Under the pieces are notes generated by a model. That model saw nothing but the letters and a program-made list of their open reading frames with translations. It made no database searches and was not told the origin of the DNA. This document shows, in pieces, positions 63,032 to 64,000 of a stretch of DNA of 64,000 bases. The stretch spans positions 32,001-96,000 of the forward strand of contig JBPCLP010000053.1 in assembly GCA_051003195.1 (NCBI GenBank), in the 5' to 3' direction. This stretch comes from Candidatus Sumerlaeaceae bacterium. GTDB lineage: Bacteria > Sumerlaeota > Sumerlaeia > Sumerlaeales > Sumerlaeaceae. The first letter of the stretch is position 1, and every line of letters starts with the position of its first letter. Both the position numbers and the translations under genes were made by a program.

Positions 63032-63646
63032 GTGATGCCGCAACCGCGTACCAGAATTGTTTTTGGAATTACAGGGGCCAGCGGTACCGCGTATGCGCGG
63101 GTCCTGTTGCAGGAACTGCTGCGCCTGGACGTGGAAATTCACCTCGTCGTGAGCGCGGCTGGAATGCTCGTGATAAAGGAGGAGCTCGACATACCATTTC
63201 CAGATGGGCGCTTCGACATTCAGCGCTACCTGAACCAGCCAGTACCGAAAGATCGCGTGATTCAGTACGAGGACAATGACCTTGCGGCCCCGCCCGCGAG
63301 TGGATCGTTCCGTACGGCTGGCATGGTGATCTGCCCGTGCTCGATGCGGACGCTCGCGACGATCGCTTCGGGAACGGGGGGAAGCCTCATTACTCGTGCG
63401 GCGGATGCGTGCCTGAAGGAGCGACGGCGGCTGGTGCTGGTGCCGCGCGAAACACCCCTCAGTCTCGTGCATCTTCGTAACATGGTAAGTGTGACCGAAG
63501 CAGGCGCCATCGTGTTGCCTGCGATGCCGGGCTTTTACAAGAAACCGCAAAGCATCGATGATCTGCTGCGGCATGTCGCGCTGAAGGTCCTCGATGTATT
63601 GGGCCTGGAACATTCGCTGGATCTGCGATGGAAGGATCCCGACTAA
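63032..63646 (+). CDS. ubiX: Flavin prenyltransferase
   Basis: GITGASG, ASGSF, PCSMRTL, RAAD..LKERR..RETP, PAMPGFY. Confidence 0.95.
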   Translation: MMPQPRTRIVFGITGASGTAYARVLLQELLRLDVEIHLVVSAAGMLVIKEELDIPFPDGRFDIQRYLNQPVPKDRVIQYEDNDLAAPPASGSFRTAGMVICPCSMRTLATIASGTGGSLITRAADACLKERRRLVLVPRETPLSLVHLRNMVSVTEAGAIVLPAMPGFYKKPQSIDDLLRHVALKVLDVLGLEHSLDLRWKDPD

Positions 63647-63999
63647 GAAAAGTCCCTCTGGATCCTCGCGCTTACGATAACAACGGCGCCCAGTACCATT
63701 GCCCAGGTTAAGATTCCAAACCTGAACGCAGGGCCCGCCAGCAGCAGCATCCACACCATCCACGTAAACGCGAGCCCAGTCGCGGCAGCACTGCGCTTCA
63801 GTATTGCGAACGGCAAGATCGTGCGGCGACGGTTTGCGTCTAAAGTTGTCAAGCCGACACGAAACCATTCTGCTGCGAGTACGCCTGCCGCGCCGCCGAG
63901 CAGGACGAGTTTAATACATGCCCACAGAAGAGAAACCGCACCCTCCGCTGCGGCTGCGTGCGCTGCGACCACTCCGAGTGGCAGAACCAACGCAACAAT
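63643..63999 (-). CDS. Membrane protein, partial (runs off window end)
   Basis: Hydrophobic segments; frame open to the window edge. Confidence 0.5.
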   Translation of the reverse strand: MVALVLPLGVVAAHAAAAEGAVSLLWACIKLVLLGGAAGVLAAEWFRVGLTTLDANRRRTILPFAILKRSAAATGLAFTWMVWMLLLAGPAFRFGILTWAMVLGAVVIVSARIQRDFS

Positions 64000-64000
64000 A

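Overview
Bacterial chromosomal segment (about 58-60% GC by eye), mostly housekeeping and secreted-protein genes with small accessory patches. The pilin-like gene family and a C-terminal LPVTFSSFRIE motif tentatively suggest Candidatus Sumerlaeota (BRC1); this is unverified inference. Core genes: hisI-trpE-trpG, gmk, an M24 peptidase, panB, an enolase, a CCA-adding enzyme, pilT, dapL, a DEAD-box helicase, cobA/hemD, ubiX and three tRNAs (Gly-TCC, Pro-CGG, Tyr-GTA). Also present: a sulfatase, a GH2 beta-galactosidase, three histidine kinases and a 21-repeat FG-GAP protein. Most notable: (1) an integrase-less array of toxin-antitoxin cassettes downstream of tRNA-Pro(CGG), punctuated by two tRNA-Pro 3' remnants of a different allele whose anticodon arm supplies the last codons and stop of two Zn-finger paralogues; (2) a Pro-rich micro-ORF in frame with, and one TAG away from, an uncharacterised HExxK protein; (3) an enolase with altered active-site residues, coupled to a kinase, in a gene run with an orphan microcompartment pentamer and a degenerate ADP-ribosylhydrolase; (4) repeated toxin-first decay of TA pairs; (5) several interspersed intergenic repeat families and gene or IS remnants. 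All family calls come from motif recognition by eye, not database searches.
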